Source: Podarcis vaucheri
Taxonomy: Eukaryota
Length of the DNA: 64,000 nt
Reading direction: 5' to 3' (one strand)
Assembly (NCBI GenBank): GCA_965113315.1
Contig: OZ220369.1
Shown here: piece by piece, positions 1 through 12,605 of the stretch
Numbering within the stretch: position 1 is the stretch's first letter
Layout: each line of letters starts with the position of its first letter
Notes under the pieces: generated by a model
The model's input: the letters and a program-made list of their open reading frames with translations, nothing else
Databases searched by the model: none
What the model was told of the DNA's origin: nothing
Program-made: the position numbers and the translations under genes

Positions 1-59
1 CTGTTCTCTTTCTGAGCTTCTGCAGGTGATCCTGAGAATCAGGTCTCTTAACACATATA

Positions 60-301
60 CAGTGGTACATCGGGTTACATATGCTTCAGGTTACATACGC
101 TTCAGGTTACAGACTCCGCTAACCCAGAAATAGTGCTTCAGGTTAAGAACTTTGCTTCAGGATGAGAACAGAAATTGGGCTCCGGTGACGCGGCGGCAGC
201 AGGAGGCCCCATTAGCTAAAGTGGTGCTTCAGGTTAAGAACAGTTTCAGGTTAAGAACGGACCTCTGGAACGAATTAAGTACTTAAGCCGAGGTACCACT
301 G
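60..301. mobile_element. Tc1/mariner-type MITE
   Basis: TIRs CAGTGGTAC...GTACCACTG flanked by TA on both sides; internal CTTCAGGTTA repeats; second copy at 30879-31086. Confidence 0.8.
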
Positions 302-730
302 TATAGGATTGCCCAGTTTAGGGTGAAGTCCAACAGACTATAATGGCACTTACTCCCAGCTTAGTGGATACAGAATTATGGCCCAAACAAGAACAAATAT
401 TCTCACCGCTGCAGTGACAGGCCTCCTAGATGTTGCTGAACTTCATCTCCCATCACCCTCCACTATTTGCTATGCTGCCTGGTGCTGACGGGAGTTAAGA
501 GTCCAGCAACACTGAGAAGGCCCCATGTTCCGCAGTCCTGCCTTGCTGGACACCGCAATGGGATCAAACTCAGAAAGTCTGTGGCACAACCCATCAAACT
601 ATGCACCAGCGCAAGGGTGTTGCCGAGAGAGCTGTGTGCCTCCTTTGCAATGGACTTCACATTCTCGGCATCCAGATTCTCATGTGCTACTTCCTTAAAA
701 CTTCAAGAGAGCGAAGGGGTCGGGCAATAC

Positions 731-800
731 CTTGCAAAGCTGGACAAAGAGGTAGGTAGCTCCGGCTTGGACACACCTCCAGAAGGCATTATACTCTGAC
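731..800 (-). CDS. TMEM147: TMEM147 coding exon 2 (70 nt); gene continues beyond the window start
   Basis: tttcag|G TCA GAG TAT...TGC AAG|gtattg encodes (L)[23 protein letters not shown], matching vertebrate TMEM147; phase 2 joins exon 1. Confidence 0.95.
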
Positions 801-1414
801 CTGAAAGGGGCAGAAATAAAAAAGACAGCACTTTGTGGGATGGGATATTTCTGAAGCAGAAGGAGCTCTCTTGTTAATGGCTGTTTCCCCCCCGCCAGAG
901 CTTTTATTTCTTGGTCCCTGGCCCCACAGAATGAGATAAAAGGACAGTACTGTGTCCAGATGTTTTGGACTCCAGTTCCCATCAGTCCTGGCCAGCATGG
1001 CCAATGACTGGGGATGAGGGGGGTTGTAATCTGAAACAGCTGGAGGGCATCAGAGTGGGGAGGGTTCACATAACTGCATGCAGACCATAATAAGCTAAGC
1101 CCTGCTCTGAATTAAAATTAATGAACCAATGTTAGCCATGTCTATTAGTTTCAGTGGGTGCGATTTGAGTAGGACCAGTACTTTATTTACCACCCTTTAT
1201 ATTTTGGAAATATGGTTTGTTTACTTGCTACGCATTTGGGCACCTCTGAAGGTATCATAACCAAATTTCGCATGCAGCGCCTGAGATCAAGCACAGAGTG
1301 CTCATCAGTGTTTGGATACAATCTGACGCTCTCTCGAATCAAGAGAGTGGGCTGAGCCTTTGGAACGGCACTGATATTTCTGCTTCTTAGAATTCCCAAG
1401 CAACAACAAGCTTG

Positions 1415-1595
1415 AGGCTGCCAGTGGTTTACAAAAGGAGCACATGCAGAAGATCCCAAGTTCAATCCCTGGAATCTCCAGGTAGGAACGGGGGAGAGAG
1501 AGAGAACCCTTCCCGAAACACTGGAGAGCTGCTGCCAGTCAGTGTGGGCAATACTGAAATGGATGGACATATAAGGCAGCTTCCTGTGTTCCTAC
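1415..1595 (+). mobile_element. Degenerate tRNA-derived squamate SINE
   Basis: B-box-like GTTCAATCCC head followed by body ending ATAAGGCAGCTTCCTGTGTTCCTA; inverted relative at ~5430-5610. Confidence 0.55.
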
Positions 1596-1730
1596 ACATT
1601 AAAAGGCACCAGTCTCTGTTTTGTATACCCCACAAGCCCTACTAAACAAATGAGGCCACACCATCCCATGCAAAGCCTGCTCCCATTCTAGCTTTCCATC
1701 CACTATGTGCCCCTCAAAATGCACTGCTCA

Positions 1731-2076
1731 TAAAGGTAAAGGGACCCCTGACCATTAGGTCCAGTCGTGACTGACTCTGGGGTTGCGGCGCTCACCTCGC
1801 TTTATTGGCCGAGGGAGCCGGCGTACAGCTTCCGGATCATGTGGCCAGCATGACTAAGCCGCTTCTGGCGAACCAGAGCAATGCCGCTTACCTTCCCGCC
1901 AGAGTGGTACCTATTTATCTACTTGCACTTTGAACTGCTTTCGAACTGCTAGGTTGGCAGGAGCAGGGACCGAGCAACTGGAGCTCACCCCGTCGCAGGA
2001 ATTCGAACCGCCGACCTTCTGAAAGGTCGGCAAGCCCTAAGCTCTGTGGTTTAACGCACGGTGCCACCTGCGTCCC
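1731..2076 (-). mobile_element. Sauria SINE, near full length
   Basis: Minus strand has a tRNA-like head with GGTTCGAAT B-box and an (ACCTTT)n tail; TSD CACTGCTCA at 1722-1730 and 2078-2086. Confidence 0.9.
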
Positions 2077-2195
2077 ACACTGCTCACAAAGGGTGAAGCA
2101 AATTTGTCCCAGCTTGGCCAGAACCTCCCTACATCACCCCCAACAATGCACCTCACATTCCCACCACCCCTCAAACACACACACCCAACACTTAC

Positions 2196-2272
2196 AGGCC
2201 GCTGCACTTGTAGGTGATGAAATAGGGGAAATAGGCGAGGGCAAAGCAATTCCCAAAGTGGAAGAGGGTCAT
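2196..2272 (-). CDS. TMEM147: TMEM147 coding exon 1 (77 nt)
   Basis: ATG at 2272; [25 protein letters not shown](L) matches the TMEM147 N-terminus; donor CT|gtaagt. Confidence 0.96.
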
Positions 2273-3300
2273 CTCGCAGCCAGCCTGGCGGGTCGAGACT
2301 CGAGGTCGTCCCACCTGCCGCCTCCGGAAGGAAGGAAAAGGGAGGATGAGAAGCACAGCAAAGAACCAGGCGCAGCCTCCCCCACATCCTGACCCACAAC
2401 ACGGAGGCAAGGGGTCCCGACTCCCCCACTCGCGAAACCCATTTGGGGGTTGCTAGGCTCCAACTCGCGCCCACCCACCTCCTGCCCAGGGATAATGATG
2501 GGAGTTGCGAGTCCAGCGACCCCCGGAAAGCCGCGGGTTCCCCTGCCAGGATTGTAAGTAACCTCGGGGTCGGGGAAAGGGAGACCCGTCACAGAATTGT
2601 CGGGTTGGAAGGGACCCTGACGGTGATCTAGCCCAGGGATCCCAGCGAGATCACCCATGACAGGTGGCCATTCAGCCTCTGCTTCAAAACCTACAAGGAA
2701 GCCTCTGCTTCGGCTGTGGGAAAGCGAGCATTTACCCGGGAGCAAGCCCCATGGAACTGAGGGGACTTACTCCTGAGTAGACGGGTCTAGAGGCTTGACC
2801 CGCCCTCCACTCCCGTTGATCCCCCGGTACTTACTGATCTCACGTCTTCCCTGCTTTCCCCCTCTGCATCTGCGCATGCGTGCAGCTTCGCGCCCCTCTC
2901 CCTCCCTTCCTTGAACCATCTTTGCATCATGGGGTTTGTAGTTCTGTCGAGTCCCTGTCTATCCTGCGTTCGGAACGGGCGCAATACAACTCCCAAGGTG
3001 CACCGCGCGAGCGGCGCCCCAAGGGCATGGCGGGCGTCGTAGTTCTTCATTCGCAAGGCGATCGCTCGCCTTTAAGAGCGTGTTGTTGCGCAAAGTTGTT
3101 GGGCGGCGAGCGGCGCCTTCCGGCGATATCCGTGAACTGTCGCTGGAATCAACAGAAAGGCTCGATAGATTCATTGCGGCGACAGTTGCGTGCTGGGAAT
3201 CGTAGTTCTCCGCCGCCCTTTCTGGAACTACGGGCGCAATTCACTTGGCAAAACCAGAGAGTTCCTGCTGCTACACAGACTGCGCCTGTTGCACGCGTGT
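2270..3300. promoter_or_regulatory. TMEM147 CpG-island promoter with a ZNF143-type motif cluster and an NRF1-like site
   Basis: CpG-dense; TGCGCATGCG at 2871-2880; ACTACAnnnCCCA-type motifs at 2923-2942, 2983-3002, 3024-3043 and 3187-3206. Confidence 0.75.
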
Positions 3301-3462
3301 CCTTTGTGCAAAAACGCCACATATTATACTTCTTGCATTTCGGCCCCAGTGATCAAATGCTTACATTTTCCTCCCCTCTCTTCTGCACATCACACATATC
3401 AATGACCTCTTCTTTGTTCATGAAAGCATTTGTGAACCGCCCTGAGACCGGGTATAGGGCGG

Positions 3463-3463
<1 letters not shown>

Positions 3464-3547
<84 letters not shown>
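3464..3547. repeat. (TAA)n microsatellite, probably a LINE tail
   Basis: Long uninterrupted TAA run after a GTGAACCGCCCTGAG...GGGCGGTAT LINE-type 3' end. Confidence 0.95.
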
Positions 3548-4341
3548 TGCTGCAATAAATATCCACTGGGCCATGAAGGTCACTGGGCGACCTTGGGCTG
3601 GCCAGCCTCCCTCAGCCTAACCTACCTCTTGGGGTTGTTGTGGGGATTAAATGAGGAGGGAAAGAACTATGTACATCACACCTTGAGCTCTTTGGATGAA
3701 AAGGTGAGATATAAATGCAATTAATGATAGAAGTGGTTTCTAAGCTTTTGATGCAGTTTACCATGGGGGTGATAAATGGTGCGTGAGAACAGCCGCAGAG
3801 TGAGGGCCAGCCAGTTTAAAAAGTGGAAAGCTTTTCAAGTCAAGCCTACGAATTTATGATGGCAAGGAATGAAACTTGCCAGGTCTGTGACTGTTGCATT
3901 GCCCATTTCCTCTTGCCCTCAGCCCTTCCAAAGCCAAAGACAACTAAATCCATCCCTGCGTGGCCAGATGTTCTCTGCTGATGCCGCAGGAGCTGTGTGG
4001 GATTCTCTCTCTTCCTTATGCCTAATCCCCTTGCATAAACAGAGATTATCTCTGACCCTTTTATTAAGGCGGAGAGGGAAGGATCGGAAGGGTGGGGTCA
4101 GAGAATAGACTGGCGCAAAGACGGACCCTTCTCTTTCTGCTTTTACTAGACAGTTTTGCTGTGTCCATGCTGGGATCCCTTCACCCCCTTGGAACAGATT
4201 GCTTGATTTCCTGTTGAACTAAACCACCAGCCACCCAACACCAACAAAAGTGTCCTTTGAGGGCAAGGTGCTGCTTTGTTTGCAAAACATCCGGAAAGGA
4301 GATTCAATTCAACCCTCCTAAACTGCAAATCAGCTGGTTGA

Positions 4342-4344
<3 letters not shown>

Positions 4345-4388
<44 letters not shown>

Positions 4389-4868
4389 TTATTATTTGTA
4401 CCCCGCCCATCTGGCTAGGTTTCCCCAGCCACTCTGGGCGGCTTCCAACAAAGATTAAAAATACATTAAAATGTCACACATTAAAAACTTCCCTGAACAG
4501 GGCTGCCTTCAGATGTCTTATAAATGTCGGGTAGTTGTTTGTCTCTTTGACATCTGATAGCAGGCTGTTCCACAGGGCGGACGCCACTACCAAAAAGGCC
4601 CTCTGCCTGGTTCCCTGTAGCTTTGCTTCTTGCAGGAAGGGAACCGCCAGAAGGCCCTCGGCACTGGACTTCAGTGTCCGGGCAGAACGATGGGGGTGGA
4701 GATGCTCCTTCAGATATACTGGACTGAGGCCGTTTAGGGCTTTAAAGGTCAGCACCAACACTTTGAATTGTGCTCGGAAACATACTGGGAGCCAATGCAG
4801 GTCTTTCAAAACCAGTGTTATGTGGTCTCGGCGGCCGGTCACCAGTCTAGCTGCCACATTCTGGATTT
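4345..4868 (-). mobile_element. L2 (CR1 group) LINE 3' fragment with (TTA)n tail
   Basis: ORF2 C-terminus AARLVTG..DHIT..LKDLHWLPV.FR.QFKVLVLTFKALNG. Confidence 0.9.
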
Positions 4869-7800
4869 AGTTGTAGAGCAAACATTCATTGATGAAGGGC
4901 TGGGCCTGTAGCTGTTTCGAAAGTTGCCGCTGAGGGATGGCCAAACGAGAGGAAATGTATCACACACACAAAAGTGTGTCCAAATTGCAAATTCTAATCT
5001 AATCTGGGCTGATGCGGGTTTAAATATAATTGCTGTAATTCAGGCAGACACTTTATTTATTTACTGCATTTACCTTTTTGCGCCAAGGAGTTCAAGATAG
5101 CGTAACATGGTCCTCCCCTTCTTCACAGCAGCCCTGAGAGGTGGGTTAGGCTCAGAGGCCGTGAATGGCCCAAAGTCGCCCAGTGAGCTTCATGGCTGAG
5201 TGAGGCTTTGAACCCTGGTCTCTCAGGTCGTAATAACCCACACTTTAACTGCTACACCACACTAGCTCTCAAGAGGTTAGGTTTCTGCTAGAGTTTCAGG
5301 CAGAGTTATTTCCATTACCTGTTGGTGCTTTTAACTGAGCTAAAATTCCCTTCACCTGTGACCAATGGCCATGCTGGCTGGGGCAGATAGGAGTCAGGCT
5401 CCAGCAGCACCTGGAAGTTAGAAATGTAGGACACTTCCTTAGATAGAGTTAGCCCATTGCTCTATCCAGCTCAGCAGCAGGTATGCTGACTGGCAGCAGA
5501 TTTCCAGGATTTCAAAGGTGATGTACTTTCCCAGTCCCACCTGGCAATGCCAGTGACTGAACCCGGGGCCTTCGGCAGATGCTCTGCCACAGAGCTACAG
5601 CCCTTCCCAAAACATGGTGGGTTTCAAACTGCTGGCAACCCTGTTGGTTAATAAAATCTCCCAGTATATCCTCAAGGAACAGACACCTTCTTGCTCCTAA
5701 AATTTGTGCAGAGCAAACTTACAGGCGTCACCAGTTTGTGATAGTGGTAGCAGTAGGACATGCTTGGAGAAGGACAAGAATTAAGGGCACTGCGAGCATC
5801 TCCCCGTTATCATTTGTGAAATGTTGGCAGGTATGTGATCTCAAGCACAACAGGCCTTTGGTTACCAACAGGGTAGGAGAATCCAGTTTAATTAGGTTGT
5901 TAATCCTCTAATCTGCTCCATGAGCCCAACTGGAGGCAGTTTTGGTCAATGGGGATGTAGCAAGAGATTTGCTGTTGTGATCATGGATCAGGAGCACGTT
6001 CAGCTCCTAAATCAGCTGCTCCACTTTAGTGATTTTATCTCTCTGCTAAAGGACCTCATCATCATCCTCCTGCTGACGTGATCTCGTAAGTGGATGAGGC
6101 ACCGCCCTCCTCCTCCCACTCCTCGGGAACAGCAGCACCCAATGAGACAGGGTGACCTTGAACAGAACAGAAAGGGTTGGCTTGGGTGCAATGAGAAGAG
6201 ATGCCTCCAGGTGGCACTATGGATGAAGAGTTTCGGCATCCACATTTGGGCGGTATGATTCCATCACAAATATTAGGCTGTATACTAAATCATACTGAGG
6301 AGCCCATATTTTCCAACTGCAAAGAGGGCACCTGGACAGGGATTTCAACCTTGATCGCCAGTTTTCACCGGGAGCCTGGAAGACCACAAACACTGTCGGG
6401 GGAAAGATACAGTGCTGGGATTTCTTCCAGCCTGCTGTTTTGCATTTGTTCTGAAAATTCAAGAATAGATCACATGAAAACACAGGCTTTCACCTGTACA
6501 TTAAGAGATCTTGCATTATGGGGAGGAGGAGGAGTTGCAACAGGTCTGTGGGTTTCTCTAGAAAAGGAAAGAGGGAAGCATGTTCCTTGCAACAACGTTA
6601 GTTGCCTATGGCTTAATCCAAACATATTTGCATGAAATGCATGCAAGAGCGGGGATTGTGCAGTTGGGGAGACCTGGCTTTGCAGGCATTCTGGACAGGT
6701 CTCTGGCTTCATCCTCCAGCAATTCCCTCAATCACAACAAGGTAGCCATAGAATCCTGCCTTTGATCTGTCACAGCAGTTTTCAGCCACAATTGACTGAG
6801 CAAAGCAAACAACTCAACAGGGAGTATCAGATCTGAGAGCATTCCACACAAGTTCAAATGAATCGTGAAGCCTAATGAGAAGTGCTCAAGCAGGATAAGA
6901 TCGGAACAAGATGGTACAAGCACCATCTTCTGCCCTTGGTCGATCAACGCAGCATACAGGTTTGCCCCTCTGACCAAAGTGAAAACTAGAAGCCACTGGA
7001 CTAGGATATAAAAGCGTATTCCTTGGGTTGTGGCAAATCTCTGACTCCCTACTTGAAGAATATCAAGGGGAAACGGAACTGTCCTACTTGGTTCACAGCT
7101 AGTTATCCTTTGTGTAAGCTGAAAGGTGCCCAACAAAATCACAAAAATGAAGATAATAAAAGCAAACAAGCAGCAGACAAAATTGTGAAAACAAGGCAGC
7201 AACTAGAAATCATACAACAGGTATGCTTCCCAAGCTGGGTAGGAGGTGGGGTCAGATAGCATACAAACAGCCAAATACTATTAAAAGCCAAAGAGACTAG
7301 GACAGATTTTGTCTCCCATCTGGATAGGGACATAAGCAGTGACCTTACATTTAAATCAGACTACTGGTCCATCTGCCTTAATGTTATCTGTTATCAGTCT
7401 CCCACAACCTGTGGGGATCCTCCGGCCTAGGGAGTTTGCCCTCATGGGACTTGCTTTACGCTCTGCCCCAAGTGTTTTTGCCTAGTTGGAAGGTGTCCTT
7501 GAATTCTGGCAATGCTTCTTGCTTCCCTGGGTGGTAGGGTAGTGTGTGTGCATGTAGAAACAAGCCCACAGTACAAAGTAAAATCTACAGCTGCTGCTCT
7601 GCCCATTGCTGCCTCTGGCCTCACTCACTGGTAGATTGTGTCCCTCAGAAGGTTGCTGAGAGGAGTATGAGGCCCTCAGGCTGGAAGGCAGATACCTATT
7701 CCTGTTGTAGTGCAAAATATCTGAAGGGCAATATCTCCCGTCAGCTTTGGGAGGAAGCATCACCTGAGAATAAGAGATGCTGAGCACAGGGGGTGCCCAA

Positions 7801-7974
7801 ACTTTTTTCAGAGAGCCAAATTTGATGAAGTGGAGATAAACTGCCACATGGCCCCCCAAAACGGACTTTGGACATGCCTGACATACATCGAGGGGAGGCC
7901 GTGGCCCTCATGCCCTAAGCTCTAAGTGCTTCTCCTGCTATCAGTTTATTCCATTCTAGCCTTATTTTTACTGC

Positions 7975-8090
7975 AGGGATAGGGAACTTGTGGCCTTGCT
8001 GATGATGTTGGACTCCATCTGCCATCAGCCGCAGCCAGCACGACCTTTGGTCAGGGATTATGGGTGCTGTAGTCCAACAACATATGGAGG
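7975..8090. mobile_element. Short palindromic MITE-like repeat (representative copy of a family with 10 or more copies here)
   Basis: Inverted arms GATGTTGGACT...AGTCCAACA; relatives at ~416-530, 955-1050, 17850-17975, 33700-33810, 37470-37600, 38720-38860, 44850-44930, 51825-51955 and 54355-54470. Confidence 0.65.
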
Positions 8091-9444
8091 GCCATCCATG
8101 CAAAATCTTCCAGGAGCACAAGAGCATCAAACCCCCCCCCAAAAAAAAAAAGCCCAGATGTGATCTTATCCTTCTTACCCTTCCCACCTATTTTGGTTTG
8201 GATGCTGAAACTCAAATGCAAGCGAGTTCACACAAGATGCACAATAGAGAAAACTGTCTGCTCTAACTTTCGCATTGGACTGTGCAAGCCGCGCACAATG
8301 TGTTAATAAGGCTACAGTTTTCAGAGAATTCCATCCCATGCTGGAGGCAGGAAATATTTGCCAGAACTGCCAGCTCACAAAGACAGGGCTGTAACAATGG
8401 GCTGCGTTGAGGCATTTCACTTGGCTTGGCAAGGAGCTCATTCCCAAGAACTGAGAGCCTCTGTCGTTGACATGACTTTGCGTTTGGACGCAAGCTCTCT
8501 GCAGACACTGGATAGCTCTGTTGAGAAAACTAACCTGCAGCAGGCAGGACAACTTCATCTGAAGGTTGTTTAGGACGCCAATGCTTGCATAGCCAGTTAG
8601 CAACCTTTAAAAGGTTACAAAACAGCAGAACTAGAACTAGATGTATGTCCATTCACATACACAATAAGTGCAGCATGAGTCTTTGCCTGCCATGCGGAAA
8701 ATACCTGAAGGCAGCTGCTCAACATATTTGAAAGTGTTCCTCTAGTCCAGGTGTCAGGTATCTTTTTCAGCATTCCTTTGTGGGAAATCTTCCGAGGGTC
8801 GCATACAAGACTTCCCCCTTTGTACCACAGGCTCCATTACAGTTCTGCCAAAGCCAGGCCGCACCCCTCACTAGCTCACATACACATCCCTAACTCTCCA
8901 TCCAGGCAGGCAAGAAGCTTCACCACAGCTCAAGAACTCATCTCAGCAAGGCAAAAACACTTGGAAAATGTGAAGTAGAACCAGTGAGGGGTGGGGCTTG
9001 GGGAGAGCCTCACGGGCAATGTAAGAAACTTGGAGGATAGAGGCTCCCTACCTGCTTGCTCTGCTCTCAACACTGGGTGGAATCCAAGGGTTGTTCCCGC
9101 TAACACAAGATCCCAGTCCTCATGAGGAACTTTTCAGAAGGCTACAGTGGGCAATATGGATTAGCAGAGGATCAGGGTCCTCCCTTGCGCAAGAGGAAGC
9201 ACTTTTTGCTAGAGTGAAACGCAGCCCTGGATACAACAACAGTGACCAGCCGGCTGCCTTTGGAAGATTATAAGCAGGGCATGTGGAAGGTCAGCTCTGC
9301 ACTGGCCTGCTCCCCTACTTTGTGGCTGGCCAGAGTGCCCTCTGGATGTTGTTGGACTAGAGTCCAACATCTGGAGGACCATATTGCTAGCTATTCCTCT
9401 TCCACAGCTCTACATCCTGTGGACGTTCATGTATCTATTGCCTG

Positions 9445-9640
9445 GTCGTTGTTGTTTAGTCGTTTAGTCATGTCCGACTCTTTGTGACCCCATGAACCAG
9501 AGCACGCCAGGCACTCCTGTCTTCCACTGCCTCCCGCAGTTTGGTCAAACTCATCCTGGTAGCTTCGAGAACACTATCCAACCATCTCGTCCTCTGTCGT
9601 CCCCTTCTCCTTCTGCCCTCCATCTTTCCCAACATCAGCA
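9445..9640 (-). mobile_element. RTE Bov-B LINE 3' fragment
   Basis: LMLGKMEGRRRRGRQRTRWLDS...WRALVHGVTKSRT plus a (CAA)-type tail. Confidence 0.9.
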
Positions 9641-10557
9641 CCCAAATCTCATGACATCTGTTGCAGGCAATATATGTGCCCAGGAAATGCTGAAATTGTC
9701 CCTGAGCGACCTGTCTGAAGTGGCAACTGTCCCTGGTCACTCTTCCCTTTTTTTGCTGCTGCCATGTTATATTGTGAATCCATCTTGGCTCTTTAGATGT
9801 TGGGGGAAGACAACTCAATGCTATCGGTAGGCCCCACACCAAAGACTTCTCCCCGCCCCCCTGCAGAAACAATGGCAGCAGTTTTTACAATATGGAAGAA
9901 TGGAATCCACCTTATGTAGAGCCAGGGAGTGATTACTTCCATCAGCCATGCAGCCTTTCAAATAAACTTGGCATACTTTGAAATCTGGTGCAGCTATGAG
10001 CTAGGTTCAAATTCCATCTCACTAGGGCTAGCCTGGGTTCACTCTTTTGGTCTTAGCTGCTCTCCTGCAATATCTACACTGTGGGGTTATAAGGATTGAT
10101 GGGTGTATTGCAAAATGGTATGAACTATCAAAAGTGTTATAGCCTTCTGAAAGGCTTGTGATTCTTATGCTAGGAAAAGATCATAAGTTATGGCTACAGA
10201 GGTTTATAGAAAAGCCCAAGTTAGGAGTTTGACAGCCTCCTTGAGGGAGGTATATGGACTTTTACCAGGTAGATACTCTGAACAGCAGTACCTTTTACAT
10301 TCTCATGGTGGTAGTGCAAAAAGTTAAAAAGGTCAGTGGTAGAGCTTGTGCTTGCATGCAGAAAGGTCCCACGATCAGTTTGCAGCATCTCCAGAGAGCC
10401 ACTGCCACTAAACAGAATGCACCAGATTACAGCAGAGGCAGGCAGCAGGTAGACCTGGCCCTGCTTAAAAGATTGCTGGATGATTTTTGCAGATCAGCTC
10501 CTGTTAAGCCACAGTAATAGAACATTTTCCCCCCCTCCCAATTGGTAGTAATTCAGA

Positions 10558-10588
10558 TGGGTGGGTGGGTGGGTGGGTGGGTGGGTGG

Positions 10589-10621
<33 letters not shown>

Positions 10622-10622
10622 G
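10558..10622. repeat. Compound microsatellite (GGGT)n(GT)n(AT)n
   Basis: Read directly; the (GGGT)n part could form a G-quadruplex. Confidence 0.9.
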
Positions 10623-11111
10623 ATTTAGATCATCTCACAGCTCCTTCCAGCAGTCACTGGTTCCGCCGCCACCATCATTTGCACTTGGGCTGTCCTCCAA
10701 CCATCCAGCCACTATTTTGCACTTGGTTCTGACTGGTGGACCTCAGGATTTGAATAGAGACCAAGTAGATCCCACAAGCTTTAAGTCTGCCCATGTTTGA
10801 GCTTGAGGGACTAATATAAAAGCTTGATATAAAAGGCAGCTTCCTGTCTTCCCTAAGTTTCTCAGCAAACTATAGCTGAGGAGACAGATTTTACACAAGT
10901 CCTACACATAGATTAATGGCAACCAGGTTTCTGATCTTTGCAAAAAGTGAGCATTTTAATCAGAATGCTCCTTCGATAGAGACATTTAGGAATGCTCAAA
11001 AGGTGTCCAGTTGATACACAGGTGTGGTCAAAATGCACATTTCAGCAGACCCACAGGGAGCTAAAATAAAAGCCCAGGAAAACGTTTCCAGGTTCACATA
11101 ACTTCAGTGGT

Positions 11112-11117
11112 TTTATT
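11112..11117 (-). terminator. GAPDHS: Probable GAPDHS polyadenylation signal AATAAA
   Basis: AATAAA on the minus strand ~320 nt downstream of the stop codon. Confidence 0.65.
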
Positions 11118-11434
11118 TCAATGCTTACGAGATCTCAAGGACACTACAGCCACACAAACCAATGTGTAACCCCAAAAGCTAGACTCTTTCTCCAGGGGGA
11201 AATTCGGTGCATTTGTCTTCACTACGTTTTTAAAGCTCATACAAGCTGCTGTGGAAAGCAGGATTCACACTCACATGTACACACATACACACAAAGCTTT
11301 ACACAGTGACAAAAGGTGCAGTGTTCAGGGTTCTGTGGTTGAAGCGAAGAACTGGCCAGGAGATCAAACCTATTGACTAAAGGGGTGAGAGGCCACTCTG
11401 TTGGATAGCCTGGAATGCAGAGTGTGGGCAGTGC

Positions 11435-11510
11435 TCATTCGTGCTCCTTGCTGTACATGTGCTTCAGGAGATCTACTACACGGCAGCTGTAGCCATATTC
11501 GTTATCATAC
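11435..11510 (-). CDS. GAPDHS: GAPDHS last coding exon (76 nt including TGA)
   Basis: (W)YDNEYGYSCRVVDLLKHMYSKEHE*; acceptor ctatag|. Confidence 0.95.
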
Positions 11511-11652
11511 CTATAGAACGGAAAGAAAATTGCATCTAAGTAATGTTCATAGCCCAAATGACTCAATCACACAAATCCACAGTTCCCAAGTGCCTCTGAC
11601 AGTGAGCCAGGAGATAATCAGTACCCCAGTTTTCAATTATAGAAGCACCTAC

Positions 11653-11881
11653 TAGGGCTGAACAATATAGTGTCCCAAACCGGTTTGAAGCCCATATTGT
11701 GATATTGGTTTCATAGTTTTTGATCTGGTAATATATCACGAATCATGAGATGTGGGTGGGTGGGTTTGCTTTGCAAAAATCACATTGTGGGCAAAACTTT
11801 GAAGTCAGCCTCTACATAGCTCTATCCTTATTTCAGACATTGTGGCATATCAGTATATTCCGATGTTGAAAACCAGCCCTA
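11653..11881. mobile_element. Old hAT-like MITE
   Basis: Terminal TAGGGCTG...CAGCCCTA inverted ends; TSD degenerate. Confidence 0.5.
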
Positions 11882-12174
11882 ATGTCTACGACATATACAA
11901 CTCCCTCTCTCATGTAGACACAACAGAATCTGGTTATACAAATATTGAGCCTAGTTGGTAAGTTGTTCACAGCAGATGACAAAACCAAAATGTTCCAATT
12001 GCCTCAAGTCATCCCTGCTTGGTCAAAATTGGGTGTTCCTTGCTAGCTTTCAAAGGAAGCAGCATTGCTACCTGAGCAAGGCCAAGTCAGGATGGCAAAT
12101 TCTCCTTCTGAGAAGGACTTATCAGGCGACACACCAACTATGCTCCAGTGTGGAAAAACACCTGCTCATTCTTA

Positions 12175-12330
<156 letters not shown>

Positions 12331-12605
12331 TCATCACAGATGTCAACCTGGTACCCTGGGATTCCAGCCTTGTGAGATGTTGATAAGATGCTCTAGCAGG
12401 TAAAGACTGTTTGCCCAGTCCCTCAGGTTATGCTATACTTATACTTTAAGCAGAGCATCCCACATTTTATTTTACTAGTGAATGAATGGGAGCGACTTTT
12501 GGCTAAGTGATTAAAAGTTTGGATGTTGGATTCCACAGTCAAAAATATACCTCAGCTTTAAATGCCACACCTGGTGTAGAATAAAACAGCTTTTTGCTAA
12601 AAACT

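Noticed and set aside
3353-3583. Poly-Tyr ORF
   Set aside because: Translation of the (TAA)n microsatellite.
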